64,000 bases of DNA from Bacteroidota bacterium (GTDB lineage Bacteria > Bacteroidota > Bacteroidia > NS11-12g > UBA955). Below are positions 1 through 10,266 of the stretch, in pieces. Within the stretch, counting starts at the first letter, position 1. Each line of letters opens with the position of its first letter. A program made the translations under genes and the position numbers. Location of the stretch: NCBI GenBank assembly GCA_041192805.1, contig JBEEMF010000011.1, positions 1,009 through 65,008 of the forward strand. The letters run 5' to 3'. The notes beneath the pieces were generated by a model, which saw nothing but the letters and a program-made list of their open reading frames with translations, was not told the origin of the DNA and made no database searches.

Positions 1-1499
1 GTAAAGAAACTTACGTGATCGCCATAGAAAGGAATGGTGAATCCCAAATGCGGACCATCATACTGACTCAAATCGGTAGCCCACATAAATGCTTTCTGTC
101 TGAGCTCAAACGCATTCGGAAAGAACTGGAACATCGCAAACAATATTGGCATCTGCAACAAAACGGGTACGCAACCACTCATCGGACTCACGCCCGCTTT
201 GCGATACAACGCCATGTTTTCCTGTTGCATTTTCTGCATATCGCTGCCATGCTTTTCCTTAATGACATCAATCTCTGGCTTAAGGATACGCATTTTAGCT
301 GTGCTGATGTACGATTTATAAACCAATGGCAACAAGGCTGTTTTAATGATAACGGTAAGTAACAAAATGATAATACCCATACTGCCAATCACACCATCCA
401 ATGCATGAAAAACAGGAATTACAGCATAACGATTCACCCAGCCAAAAATGCCCCATCCCAACGGAATGATACTTTCTAGACCCGCATTGGGCATACCCAC
501 TTGCGCATCTTTCATCGTATAAAACTGATTTGGGCCAAAATAGTAGCTAAATCCGTATGATTTAAGGGGCTGACGTTCGAAATCGACGTATACTACAGCG
601 TTTAAATCTTTGATCCGGTTAGTATCTTTCGTTTCTTTCCAAGCAATTTTTGCATCGCTAGAGAAACCCGAATCGGCCACCATCATCACAGAAAAATATT
701 GCTGCTTAAAGCCAAACCAGTCCAAATTATTCTTCAATTCCTCGCTGGCCGGACTTGCCAAATCCAACTTGTCTGCATCCTCACCACGCAAACGATACAC
801 AACAGTTGTGTTCTGCGTTTCCCACTTCATGTCCTTCTCCTGCTTTTGTAGTTGAGCCCTCCAAGTAATTTTGATACCCGAATTGCGCGATTTTACTATT
901 TCGTCGATGCCCTTAAGCTTCAATTCATACTTTACAGTAAAACCATCTGCGGCCAAAGAATAAATCTGATCGATGTAACGGGCTGAATCACCCAAACGCA
1001 AAGTGACCTGATTTTCGGTTTGAGAAACAACATTCCAATAAAAATCAGCGCTATTCAAAGGACCATTGGCAGTGTATAATTCAAATGCCCATTGATTGTC
1101 GTTTACTTGATTCGACAACAATTCCAAAACACTTGAATCCGAACGACGATGATTATTAAGTACTACGCGACCAACATTGCCGCCTTTTGTGCGAATGTCG
1201 ATGCTCAACTCCTTACTTTTTAGCTGAACTAAGCCCGGTTTTCCTTGCAATTGCGATGCAAATCCTCCGATTGTGCTCAATAAGGCAGAATCTTTTGCAG
1301 GCGATGCCGTTTCAGAAATTGCTGCGCTACCTAATTTGGAAGGCGTTGGAGAAGTCACTTTCGCGGCCTCTACCCTTGCTACGCTATCGCGCTGACGTTG
1401 AAAAATTGCTTGTTCCTCCGCGCTGGGAGCCGTGTACCAATAGTATCCTATTAAGATTAGGAAAATGAGCGAAAAGCCGGTGATTGTATTGCGATCCAT
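1..1499 (-). CDS. yidC: Membrane protein insertase YidC, N-terminal ~499 aa (C-terminus runs off the left edge)
   Basis: Absent from the ORF track because it has no stop in the window. Hand translation of the minus strand from ATG 1499..1497 is open to base 1. It reads MDRNTITGFSLIFLILIGYYWYTAPS... and ends ...KAGVSPMSGCVPVLLQMPILFAMFQFFPNAFELRQKAFMWATDLSQYD, the YidC/Oxa1 core. The short track ORFs between 15 and 1596 are shadows of this frame. Confidence 0.85.
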   Translation of the reverse strand, partial: MDRNTITGFSLIFLILIGYYWYTAPSAEEQAIFQRQRDSVARVEAAKVTSPTPSKLGSAAISETASPAKDSALLSTIGGFASQLQGKPGLVQLKSKELSIDIRTKGGNVGRVVLNNHRRSDSSVLELLSNQVNDNQWAFELYTANGPLNSADFYWNVVSQTENQVTLRLGDSARYIDQIYSLAADGFTVKYELKLKGIDEIVKSRNSGIKITWRAQLQKQEKDMKWETQNTTVVYRLRGEDADKLDLASPASEELKNNLDWFGFKQQYFSVMMVADSGFSSDAKIAWKETKDTNRIKDLNAVVYVDFERQPLKSYGFSYYFGPNQFYTMKDAQVGMPNAGLESIIPLGWGIFGWVNRYAVIPVFHALDGVIGSMGIIILLLTVIIKTALLPLVYKSYISTAKMRILKPEIDVIKEKHGSDMQKMQQENMALYRKAGVSPMSGCVPVLLQMPILFAMFQFFPNAFELRQKAFMWATDLSQYDGPHLGFTIPFYGDHVSFF

Positions 1500-1592
1500 G
1501 AATAAAGGATGCGAAGTTACAAAAAAAGAAGGCGGGCAATCTATGAAAAAATTGAAGATCTAATAAATAATGATGAAAACCCCTTTGAATAG

Positions 1593-3140
<1,548 letters not shown>

Positions 3141-3148
3141 TAAAAGAT

Positions 3149-3379
3149 ATGTTTGTAGAAGTATTAACACCAGATAAGACCTTATTCAGCGGAGACGCCG
3201 AAGTAATTACATTGCCTGGTGTAAACGGAAGCTTTCAGATTCTCGATAACCACGCCCCGATGATTGCAAACTTAAAATCTGGAAACGTGGAAATCAAAAG
3301 CAGTACCCTAACCGAAATCTACGAAGTCAAAAGTGGATTGGTTGAAGTGCTGAAGAACAAAGTCGTTGTATTGGTTTAA
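3149..3379 (+). CDS. atpC: F0F1 ATP synthase subunit epsilon (short form, beta-sandwich only)
   Basis: 76-aa ORF 8 nt after atpD. The N-terminal epsilon fold is LTPDKTLFSGDAEVITLPGVNGSFQILDNHAPMI. A strong terminator follows. Confidence 0.85.
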   Translation: MFVEVLTPDKTLFSGDAEVITLPGVNGSFQILDNHAPMIANLKSGNVEIKSSTLTEIYEVKSGLVEVLKNKVVVLV

Positions 3380-3438
3380 TCGCCCTGTTCAAAACCACTC
3401 AGCATTTGAGTCGGCCTTAGATTAACAACATAATCCAT

Positions 3439-3477
3439 AAAAGAGAGAGGGCTCCCACTGGGAGCCCTCTCTCTTTT
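3439..3477 (+). terminator. Rho-independent terminator after atpDC
   Basis: Perfect 18-bp stem aaaagagagagggctccc / gggagccctctctctttt with a 3-nt loop (act). It starts 60 nt after the atpC stop, and the 3' arm ends in TTTT. Confidence 0.85.
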
Positions 3478-3480
3478 ATG

Positions 3481-3700
3481 GAAAAAAACCAAAACCACTC
3501 CCACAACAATAAAATTTTATCTGCAAGCAGATCACAACCCTAAACAAAACCGCAAATTCCTAAAGGAAATACTCCACAAATAAACTACATCACTAAACAA
3601 AACCATCAAATCTCCATCAATTACAAAACCCAAAAAAATACCCATTGTTCAACTTATCCACACAAGACATCAACAAAGAAAGAAGGAAGATCATACAAAC
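3481..3700. other. G-depleted A/C-rich non-coding tract
   Basis: Hand count: 8 G in 3481..3660 (180 nt) and none in 3571..3640. No ORF on either strand. It contains the direct repeat listed next. Confidence 0.6.
3540..3604. repeat. Direct repeat CTAAACAAAACC x2 (53-bp period) with similar 3' flanks
   Basis: ctaaacaaaacc-gcaaattcc at 3540 and ctaaacaaaacc-atcaaatctcc at 3593. Confidence 0.6.
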
Positions 3701-3833
3701 AATTGATATTGAATGTATTAGACAAATCGTTCAGCAATAACACGTTATTTTGTTTAACTTAATACCAACATTTCTTGTACAAGAAAATTTGATTGAAATT
3801 AAACAAAATACCATATTTGTATAAGATATACGC

Positions 3834-4367
3834 ATGAGAATTATACAAAATGATTTCGACAAGAAAATAGCAGGAGAATTACTTCCGCTAAGAAATTATG
3901 CATTGTCGTTAACCCACGACATGGACGATACCAAAGATCTAGTACAAGACACAATCCTTAAAGCTTACAGATATCAGAGTAAATTCCAAGAAGGCACAAA
4001 CCTCCGCGGTTGGCTCTACACCATTCTCAAAAATAGCTTCATCAATAACTACCGTCGTGATATGAAGCGCAATACATTCTTGGATAGCACAGACAATTCA
4101 TATTTTATTGATTTGCCGTCTCACAAAATCGATAACGATGCAGAGACGAAGTTTATCCGCCAAGATCTGGAAGCTGCAATTGATGAACTATCCTTTGATT
4201 TAAGAGTAACTTTTAAATTAAACACCGAAGGTTACAAATACCACGAAATTGCCGAAGAAATGCAAATCCCCATTGGCACCGTAAAAACTCGCATATTTGT
4301 TGCCCGCCGTATCCTTCGCGAGCGTCTCAAAGAATATGCTGTTGTTTACGGTTTACAAATGGCGTAA
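3834..4367 (+). CDS. ECF (group 4) RNA polymerase sigma-70 factor, no adjacent anti-sigma
   Basis: 177 aa. Region 2 is DLVQDTILKAYRYQSKFQEGTNLRGWLYTILKNSFINNYRR. The region 4 HTH is YHEIAEEMQIPIGTVKTRIFVARRIL. Confidence 0.85.
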   Translation: MRIIQNDFDKKIAGELLPLRNYALSLTHDMDDTKDLVQDTILKAYRYQSKFQEGTNLRGWLYTILKNSFINNYRRDMKRNTFLDSTDNSYFIDLPSHKIDNDAETKFIRQDLEAAIDELSFDLRVTFKLNTEGYKYHEIAEEMQIPIGTVKTRIFVARRILRERLKEYAVVYGLQMA

Positions 4368-4372
4368 ATTTG
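4342..4372 (+). promoter_or_regulatory. Bacteroidota-type promoter TTG-N20-TAAATTTG for the lycopene-cyclase-domain gene
   Basis: TAAATTTG at 4365..4372; its TAA is the stop codon of the sigma gene. TTG at 4342..4344. The ATG at 4384 lies 11 nt after the motif. Confidence 0.45.
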
Positions 4373-4383
4373 AGGTATTCTTT

Positions 4384-5085
4384 ATGATACCCGATCACTT
4401 AACATACTTATTCTTGAATCTCGTCACGATTGCTGGCCCTTTAGCGCTTTCATTCGATAAAAAAGTGGCATTCTACAAGAATTGGAAACCGTTCACTCTA
4501 TCTATGCTTGCAACGAGTACCTTATACATTGTATGGGACATCTGGTTCACCAAATCAAACGTATGGTTATTCAATCCGCAGTTCCTTTGCGGAAAATGGT
4601 TTGCCAATCTCCCCCTAGAAGAATATATCTTCTTCATTATCATCCCCTATGCATGCCTTTTCATATATGCCTGCCTCAAGGCCTATCTACCTAACTTCTC
4701 GTTCAACAAAGCACTCAAACCGATAGTAATTTCATTAATGGCTATAGGCCTCATCGCAATAGCAATTAACCCGAGTCACTTATATACGACAATAACGTTT
4801 GGATTCCTATTCATCACACTGTCGGCGTTACTCCTCACGCGCCACACAGCCCATTTATCGCACATCATTCTGGCATGGATCATCGCTTTGCTACCAATGG
4901 CATACGTCAACGGAGTATTAACCAGCAAACCCGTCTTGATTTATAACGATGCTCAAAACCTTGGCATTCGCATTGGAACGATACCTATAGAAGATTTTTT
5001 CTATAACATGGTTTACATGCTATGGATGATTACGGTTTACGAAATCCTAAGAAAGAAACATAAAACCACTCCAAGCAAATCCTAG
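4384..5085 (+). CDS. Lycopene cyclase domain-containing membrane protein (fused CrtYc/CrtYd type)
   Basis: The track start 4297 lies inside the sigma gene, so I start at ATG 4384 (MIPDHLTYLF...). 233 aa, about 7 hydrophobic helices. Two copies of the cyclase-domain motif: NLPLEEYIFFIIIPY and TIPIEDFFYNMVYM. Confidence 0.7.
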   Translation: MIPDHLTYLFLNLVTIAGPLALSFDKKVAFYKNWKPFTLSMLATSTLYIVWDIWFTKSNVWLFNPQFLCGKWFANLPLEEYIFFIIIPYACLFIYACLKAYLPNFSFNKALKPIVISLMAIGLIAIAINPSHLYTTITFGFLFITLSALLLTRHTAHLSHIILAWIIALLPMAYVNGVLTSKPVLIYNDAQNLGIRIGTIPIEDFFYNMVYMLWMITVYEILRKKHKTTPSKS

Positions 5086-6056
5086 TGCCAAATCGCAGTA
5101 TCAGCCAAACTCTTTTTCTTGGCCTTTTTGCGTTGACTTTTTGTTCCTGGTACTGGAATATACTTTTCAGGGTATTTCTTCAAATCCAACATCATACTCT
5201 GCAATTGCGCATTGCTATTCCTAATGTCAGCATATAGGGCTTCATCTTTAAGTAACTTACCCATACTTCCCTTCCCCTGATTCAAATCGTTCATCAATAA
5301 CGCCAACTTCTCACTGCTCGTAGACAAATTATTTAACAAATCTGCGATACGAACAGAATCCATCTGACGTCCAGCTTTATTAAAATGCTCCAAACCTTCA
5401 CGCAACTGTCTGTCATACTCCGGCAAATTACTCGAGAACGAACTCAAACTCCCTGACGTCTGTTTCAAGGCCGGTTCCAATGCCGCAATGGTTTTTCGAA
5501 TTTCAATAATCGTAGCCGTAAGTTCATGTAATACAACCGGCACACTATTCACCGCTTCATTCAACTCCTGTTTATGCAAGAAAGCATTTAAAGTACCGAA
5601 CAACGAATCAGCACTATTGGTAACATTCACGACTTTAGTGTTGATCATACCAAATACGTCCTTAGAATAGTCGGGCTCTAAAACATCGCCATCTTCAGCA
5701 AAATCTTTAGAGTTACCCTTCAATAATTTCAAAGTCACCCCACCAAGCAGTTGTGCCTCAATTTTAATTTTAGAATCCTCCGGAATTTTCATATCCGAAC
5801 TCACTTCCACAATTGCCACAATTTTCTGATTTTCATCCATCTTAAGACTCCGAACCATACCAATCTTGAAACCATTGTACATGAGTTTTGTACCAACCGA
5901 CAAACCTTGGGTATTATCGTAATACACTTTAAAACTCCTACCACGATCAAACAGATTATCTCTGCCCATCATAAAATTGTAGCCTAACAAGAGAATGCAG
6001 ATCGACACAATGGCGAGCACTCCAACTTTGAATTCGTTTGATAGTCCTTTAAACAC
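5082..6056 (-). CDS. MlaD/MCE family protein
   Basis: N-terminal anchor VGVLAIVSICILLLGY, then an mce-like domain (FKVYYDNTQGLSVGTKLMYNGFKIGMV). The track start ATG 6137 lies inside the upstream gene's terminator hairpin. GTG 6056 (MFKGLSNEFKVG...) lies 15 nt after a TATTTTTG box. Confidence 0.75.
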   Translation of the reverse strand: MFKGLSNEFKVGVLAIVSICILLLGYNFMMGRDNLFDRGRSFKVYYDNTQGLSVGTKLMYNGFKIGMVRSLKMDENQKIVAIVEVSSDMKIPEDSKIKIEAQLLGGVTLKLLKGNSKDFAEDGDVLEPDYSKDVFGMINTKVVNVTNSADSLFGTLNAFLHKQELNEAVNSVPVVLHELTATIIEIRKTIAALEPALKQTSGSLSSFSSNLPEYDRQLREGLEHFNKAGRQMDSVRIADLLNNLSTSSEKLALLMNDLNQGKGSMGKLLKDEALYADIRNSNAQLQSMMLDLKKYPEKYIPVPGTKSQRKKAKKKSLADTAIWH

Positions 6057-6071
6057 AGTAAATACGTTATT

Positions 6072-6079
6072 CAAAAATA
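6072..6079 (-). promoter_or_regulatory. -7 box TATTTTTG upstream of the MlaD-family gene
   Basis: Plus strand caaaaata at 6072..6079, between the terminator (6101..6135) and GTG 6056. Confidence 0.4.
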
Positions 6080-6100
6080 AGTAAAAAATACAAAGCTTAT

Positions 6101-6135
6101 AAAAAAAGAAAGGCCCCGCTTTCGCGAGGCCTTTC
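6101..6135 (-). terminator. Rho-independent terminator of the 1361-aa cargo gene
   Basis: The minus strand reads gaaaggcctcgcgaaagcggggcctttc followed by ttttttt. It begins 19 nt after the stop at 6154. Confidence 0.85.
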
Positions 6136-6153
6136 ACTATGAAATCTTAATGA

Positions 6154-9100
6154 TTAGTGTTTAACTACAACACGCTTAGTAACAGTTTCACCGTTGTTGG
6201 TCAAGTTCACGAAGTAGATACCTTCGCTTACGTTGCTCAAGTCGATTTGAGTGTTACCAAATCCACCTTGCAAGTTATCCAACTTAGATACAACTGCACC
6301 GAATGCATTCGTAACTACTACATTCAAAGGTTGGTTGTTGGTCAAGTTATAACCTACAGTCAACAATCCAGTAGTTGGGTTAGGATGAACAGAAACTGCA
6401 TCTTGCAATTTCGCGCTCTCAGTTCCCATGTAAGTATTGAAGCAATTTGGTGGGTAAGCAACATATACTGGACGAGAAACCGCAGTTGCTTCGTTTCCAC
6501 TAGGATCAACCAAAGAATAGTTGATATAGTAAACACCAGCTTCCATTACGTTCACGTTATGTCCCAATACTTTAACCAAAGGCATCAAATCACCAGAAGA
6601 ATAGTAGTTGTCACGTACAATCAAACCAGACATTGCCCAGAAAGGAGTAGCGATACATACAGAGATTGCAGGTGCAGTGATGGTAGGAGAAATCCTATCA
6701 ACAACTTTGATGAAACGCTGCTTAGTTGTAACGTTTCCACTACCATCAGTTGCAGTGAATGTTTCAACATAAGTACCCAAAGTATAAGCATCTACTTTAC
6801 CAATCTTAGTAACTGAAAGTTGAGACTTAGAGTAAAAATTATCCGTTACAGTTACTGAACGTGAATAGTAAGAGTTGTTTACATCATGCAAAACAGTATC
6901 ACTAGTATTCAATTCAATTTCTGGAGCGATATAATCGTCAACACGGTAGTTCAATACGAAACCATATTCAGTTGCTTTGTTACCAGAAGGATCAACTGCT
7001 TTGTAAGTCACAGGGTATGTCGCACGGATGTTAGTGTTAACAGGACCGTTGAAACCTGGATTCTTAGAAACAAAGATTGAACCGTTACAAGGATCCATTG
7101 AATAAACATCATCAACGAATACACCACCAATTTGAACATTGATAATTGTACCATCTACGATTGCATTAGATAATTTCAAGATGCTAGGAACTTTAGTGTC
7201 TTTTACAACAACTACACGCTTGATAGAGATAGCATTCTTTTGTGCATCAGATACTGAGTAAACCAAAGTGTAAACACCTACAGTTCCAGCATCAACTTTA
7301 CCAGCAATTTTGATTGCAGAAGTCAAGTTACCATCGTTAGCATCAATCGCTACAGCACCTGGCTCAGTGTAAGTATCACACTGCTCCAACACCATAGTGT
7401 CTTTGCCATTCAATGTCAACTTAGGAGCAGTTTTGTCCAAAGCAACAATTACAGTACGGAATCTAGAAACAGCATTGTTTCCAGATGCATCGCGTAAATC
7501 AAATTGGAAACTGTAAATACCAGGAGCTGAACAATCCAAGTCAGTTATAACAACTACACTAGAAGTCATATCACCTTGAGTTGCATCATTTGCCTTAAAA
7601 GTAGTTCCCGCGATTTCAGCATAACATGCAGTTTTAGTTGCAGTTTTTTCAACACGTACAGTGTCTCCACCTAACAATGTAATAACTGGAGCCTGACCAT
7701 CGTTAGCCAATGTCAACACATAGTCCTCAAATTCACCTACAGTGTTAATTCCACAGTATGTATTCGCGAAAGAACTGTAAGATACACCTACACGCATACG
7801 GGTGTTACCTTCAAATGAATTAGAGATATCAGGTACAGTAAATTTACCACTCGCAGATGCGCCAGCAATTGTTCCGCTGCTATAAACTTCTTCACCAGCA
7901 TCAGCAAAGTCACCATCGATATTCCAATCGACCCAAGCTTTGTAATTTACAGAGTTAGAAATTGTGTTACGTCCAACAGTCAAGTCATATGTACCGCCGT
8001 AAGTCAATTTAGCCGGAGCCACTTTATCAGCAAAATTGGTGTAGTAATCGATACCTGAAGTAGATGCATTGTTGATCAATTGAGTGCTACCAGATTTCAA
8101 GGTTACGTTATTGATTCCAACGTCAGCAGACATCAAATCAACCAAAGGAATGCAATAGTCCAAACAAACAACATATTTGTTTTTGATCAATTTTTTCTCT
8201 GTTGCAGTTTTTCCAGCTACAGAATTGTAACCACTCAAAGTGAAAGTGTAAGCACCACCCTTTTGGAATTTCAATTGTGGGTTTTGGCTATTCTTTGTTG
8301 TACCATTTTCATAAGTGAAAGACGTAGGGAAAATGCTCCACTCGAAAGTATTTGCATAGTCAGTCTTCGTAGTGATTGTAATTACATCACCAATGTTAGG
8401 ACGAACGTTGCTTGCAGTATAATCCAAATAGCCAGGAGCAGTTGGAGTATTGATTGTGATTGACTTGCAGAATGTATCAACACCTGTACATGTCAAAGCA
8501 ACCAAACATACTTGATAGCTACCATCTGTGAAGAAAGCACGGGTGTAATCCGTAGCACTAGACTCAGGATTGCCATCAATCTGCCACTCGAAAGTAGGAA
8601 GACCTTTCACGTTACTTGAAGCATTTACAAAATTCACATTCAAACCATTGGCAGCTGGGTTGTAGTCAGTTGTCCATTTGGCTGAAGGTTTAACCGCTGG
8701 AGCCAATACAGATACCCAGTTGATGATAAAACCATTCGCAGTTCCAGAACCATTAGATTCAAACGTAATGTATACCGCACCACTAGTGGTTACAATTTTA
8801 GCAGTATCATATTTAGAAACGTTAGTACCGTCGATAGTAGCAATCAACTTATTTGGAGTTGCTTCTTTCGCATCATAAATACGTAAGATGTCACCATTAT
8901 CATTCAATTTCAATTCACCAAATGACAAAGTGATTTTAGTTGCTCCGCAAGGGATGATTTTGAAATAGTCAATTGAAGTCTTACGACCGTTTCCATAAGG
9001 AGCCGTTGGACCACCGTTGTCATACAAACGGCCTGTCTTAGATTGAGCCTCTTTAGAAGGTCCCATGTAATACTCAGTTGGAGCAATACACTCAATGTAG

Positions 9101-10239
9101 CGATCTTTACATAATTTACTTGACGGACCGATATCGTTTGAAGCTGTCAAACAAACTTTATACCATCCCAATTCACTCAAAGTAAATTTAGGATTTTGAG
9201 CAGTAGAAGTTTGATCATCAACACCGGTAGGTGATGTCAATTCCCAACTGTAACTGTAAGCTCCGTTGTTACTCAAATCATACATGGTAACATCATAATA
9301 AATTTCAGATTCGTTTGTAGAAGCTACAAAATCTGCCTTAGGAACAGCAGTAGGTGCTACAATCTTAACCGTCTTGGAGGCAGAATCTGCAAGTCCACAA
9401 TAGTTAACAAGCATTTTAACATCATACGTACCGTCAGATGCCCATTTGGCCGCTCCTTTATCTGTTTTATCACTGTAACCAGTATATGGAGGCGCAACTG
9501 CCTGGTCAAAGGTCCACTTGTAAGCATAACCATTACTTGGATTAACTGCACTGAATTTCACATTCGTCTTTACATAGTTTGTACCTGTTGGAACGATAAA
9601 GTTTGCAGTAGGAGTTGCTCCCAATTTTAAATTCAATTCCAAATCAAATACGTTACCGTAAGTCTGTGCCTGTCCGCAACCATTCGATGCCGACATTGTG
9701 TAAACCTGAGCACCACCACGAATACGCATGTAACTTAATCCCGTAGAAGTCCAGCAAGGCATTTTGAGGGTGTAGGTTACCTTACCCGATGCGGTGTTTG
9801 AGCTAGGATCTACAACGCACTCCGATGATGAAAAACTACCATCACGGTTTGCGTCAATCCAAATACCGCAACGAGATCCCCATCCCTGAGAAGCCCATGT
9901 TCCACCGGTTACAGTAACGGTGATTGTCTCACTAGCAGTAACGTCAAATCCTTTGCCAGAGTTCAAGATACCCCTGTAAGCATTTGCACCCGATGAAGAA
10001 GTACATCCAAGACCCGTGTAAGAAGCCAAAGTTGTTCCTTTTGCGTTCTTAACCTCTACGTCTAGAATGTCACCAGGTGATTCGGTAGGGTTACCGGTAC
10101 CAAGAATGGACCCACCACATCCCCAGGAAGTAGTTCCCGAACATGGCGTTTGCGCTTTCAAAGTACTCGAAGTGAATAATCCACCCACGAGAACCCCTAA
10201 AAATGCAAGCTTTTTGAGTTGTGTAATTGTTGATTTCAT
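6154..10239 (-). CDS. Secreted multidomain protein with T9SS type-A C-terminal sorting domain (GEVED-like, PKD, CUB-like and Ig-like DUF5011/HYR-type repeats)
   Basis: 1361 aa. Signal peptide MKSTITQLKKLAFLGVLVGGLFTSSTLKAQ. GEVED signature WVDWNIDGDFADAGE...TRMRVGVS...GEFEDYVLTL. CUB-like block GRLYDNGGPTAPYGNG...ITLSFGELKLNDNGDILRIYDA...ITFESNGSGTANGFIINW. Several Ig-like repeats (APVITLLGGDTV..., APKLTLNGKDTMVLEQCDTYTEPGAVAIDANDGNLT...). The CTD is VHPNPTTGLLTVGYNL...GIYFVNLTNNGETVTKRVVVKH. Confidence 0.85.
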   Translation of the reverse strand: MKSTITQLKKLAFLGVLVGGLFTSSTLKAQTPCSGTTSWGCGGSILGTGNPTESPGDILDVEVKNAKGTTLASYTGLGCTSSSGANAYRGILNSGKGFDVTASETITVTVTGGTWASQGWGSRCGIWIDANRDGSFSSSECVVDPSSNTASGKVTYTLKMPCWTSTGLSYMRIRGGAQVYTMSASNGCGQAQTYGNVFDLELNLKLGATPTANFIVPTGTNYVKTNVKFSAVNPSNGYAYKWTFDQAVAPPYTGYSDKTDKGAAKWASDGTYDVKMLVNYCGLADSASKTVKIVAPTAVPKADFVASTNESEIYYDVTMYDLSNNGAYSYSWELTSPTGVDDQTSTAQNPKFTLSELGWYKVCLTASNDIGPSSKLCKDRYIECIAPTEYYMGPSKEAQSKTGRLYDNGGPTAPYGNGRKTSIDYFKIIPCGATKITLSFGELKLNDNGDILRIYDAKEATPNKLIATIDGTNVSKYDTAKIVTTSGAVYITFESNGSGTANGFIINWVSVLAPAVKPSAKWTTDYNPAANGLNVNFVNASSNVKGLPTFEWQIDGNPESSATDYTRAFFTDGSYQVCLVALTCTGVDTFCKSITINTPTAPGYLDYTASNVRPNIGDVITITTKTDYANTFEWSIFPTSFTYENGTTKNSQNPQLKFQKGGAYTFTLSGYNSVAGKTATEKKLIKNKYVVCLDYCIPLVDLMSADVGINNVTLKSGSTQLINNASTSGIDYYTNFADKVAPAKLTYGGTYDLTVGRNTISNSVNYKAWVDWNIDGDFADAGEEVYSSGTIAGASASGKFTVPDISNSFEGNTRMRVGVSYSSFANTYCGINTVGEFEDYVLTLANDGQAPVITLLGGDTVRVEKTATKTACYAEIAGTTFKANDATQGDMTSSVVVITDLDCSAPGIYSFQFDLRDASGNNAVSRFRTVIVALDKTAPKLTLNGKDTMVLEQCDTYTEPGAVAIDANDGNLTSAIKIAGKVDAGTVGVYTLVYSVSDAQKNAISIKRVVVVKDTKVPSILKLSNAIVDGTIINVQIGGVFVDDVYSMDPCNGSIFVSKNPGFNGPVNTNIRATYPVTYKAVDPSGNKATEYGFVLNYRVDDYIAPEIELNTSDTVLHDVNNSYYSRSVTVTDNFYSKSQLSVTKIGKVDAYTLGTYVETFTATDGSGNVTTKQRFIKVVDRISPTITAPAISVCIATPFWAMSGLIVRDNYYSSGDLMPLVKVLGHNVNVMEAGVYYINYSLVDPSGNEATAVSRPVYVAYPPNCFNTYMGTESAKLQDAVSVHPNPTTGLLTVGYNLTNNQPLNVVVTNAFGAVVSKLDNLQGGFGNTQIDLSNVSEGIYFVNLTNNGETVTKRVVVKH

Positions 10240-10266
10240 AGTTTTAGTTTAAGTATATTTTCACAA

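Noticed and set aside
4297-4383. Track start 4297 for the cyclase-domain gene (71-nt overlap with the sigma gene)
   Set aside because: The extension has no membrane-protein character. ATG 4384 follows a TTG-N20-TAAATTTG promoter and begins the first TM helix.
6057-6137. Track start ATG 6137 for the MlaD-family gene
   Set aside because: It would place the first 12 codons inside the terminator hairpin and T-run of the upstream gene, and upstream of the gene's own -7 box. GTG 6056 gives a typical MlaD N-terminus.
6157-6816. 219-aa plus-strand ORF antisense to the 1361-aa cargo gene. Similar long antisense ORFs occur at 24781..25278, 30249..30668, 38883..39428, 41862..42374, 46280..46717, 53365..53808 and 59052..59531.
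   Set aside because: Each lies wholly inside a well-supported gene on the other strand. They have low-complexity or odd composition (R/H/C/P-rich), no recognisable motifs and no promoter boxes. They are typical shadow ORFs.
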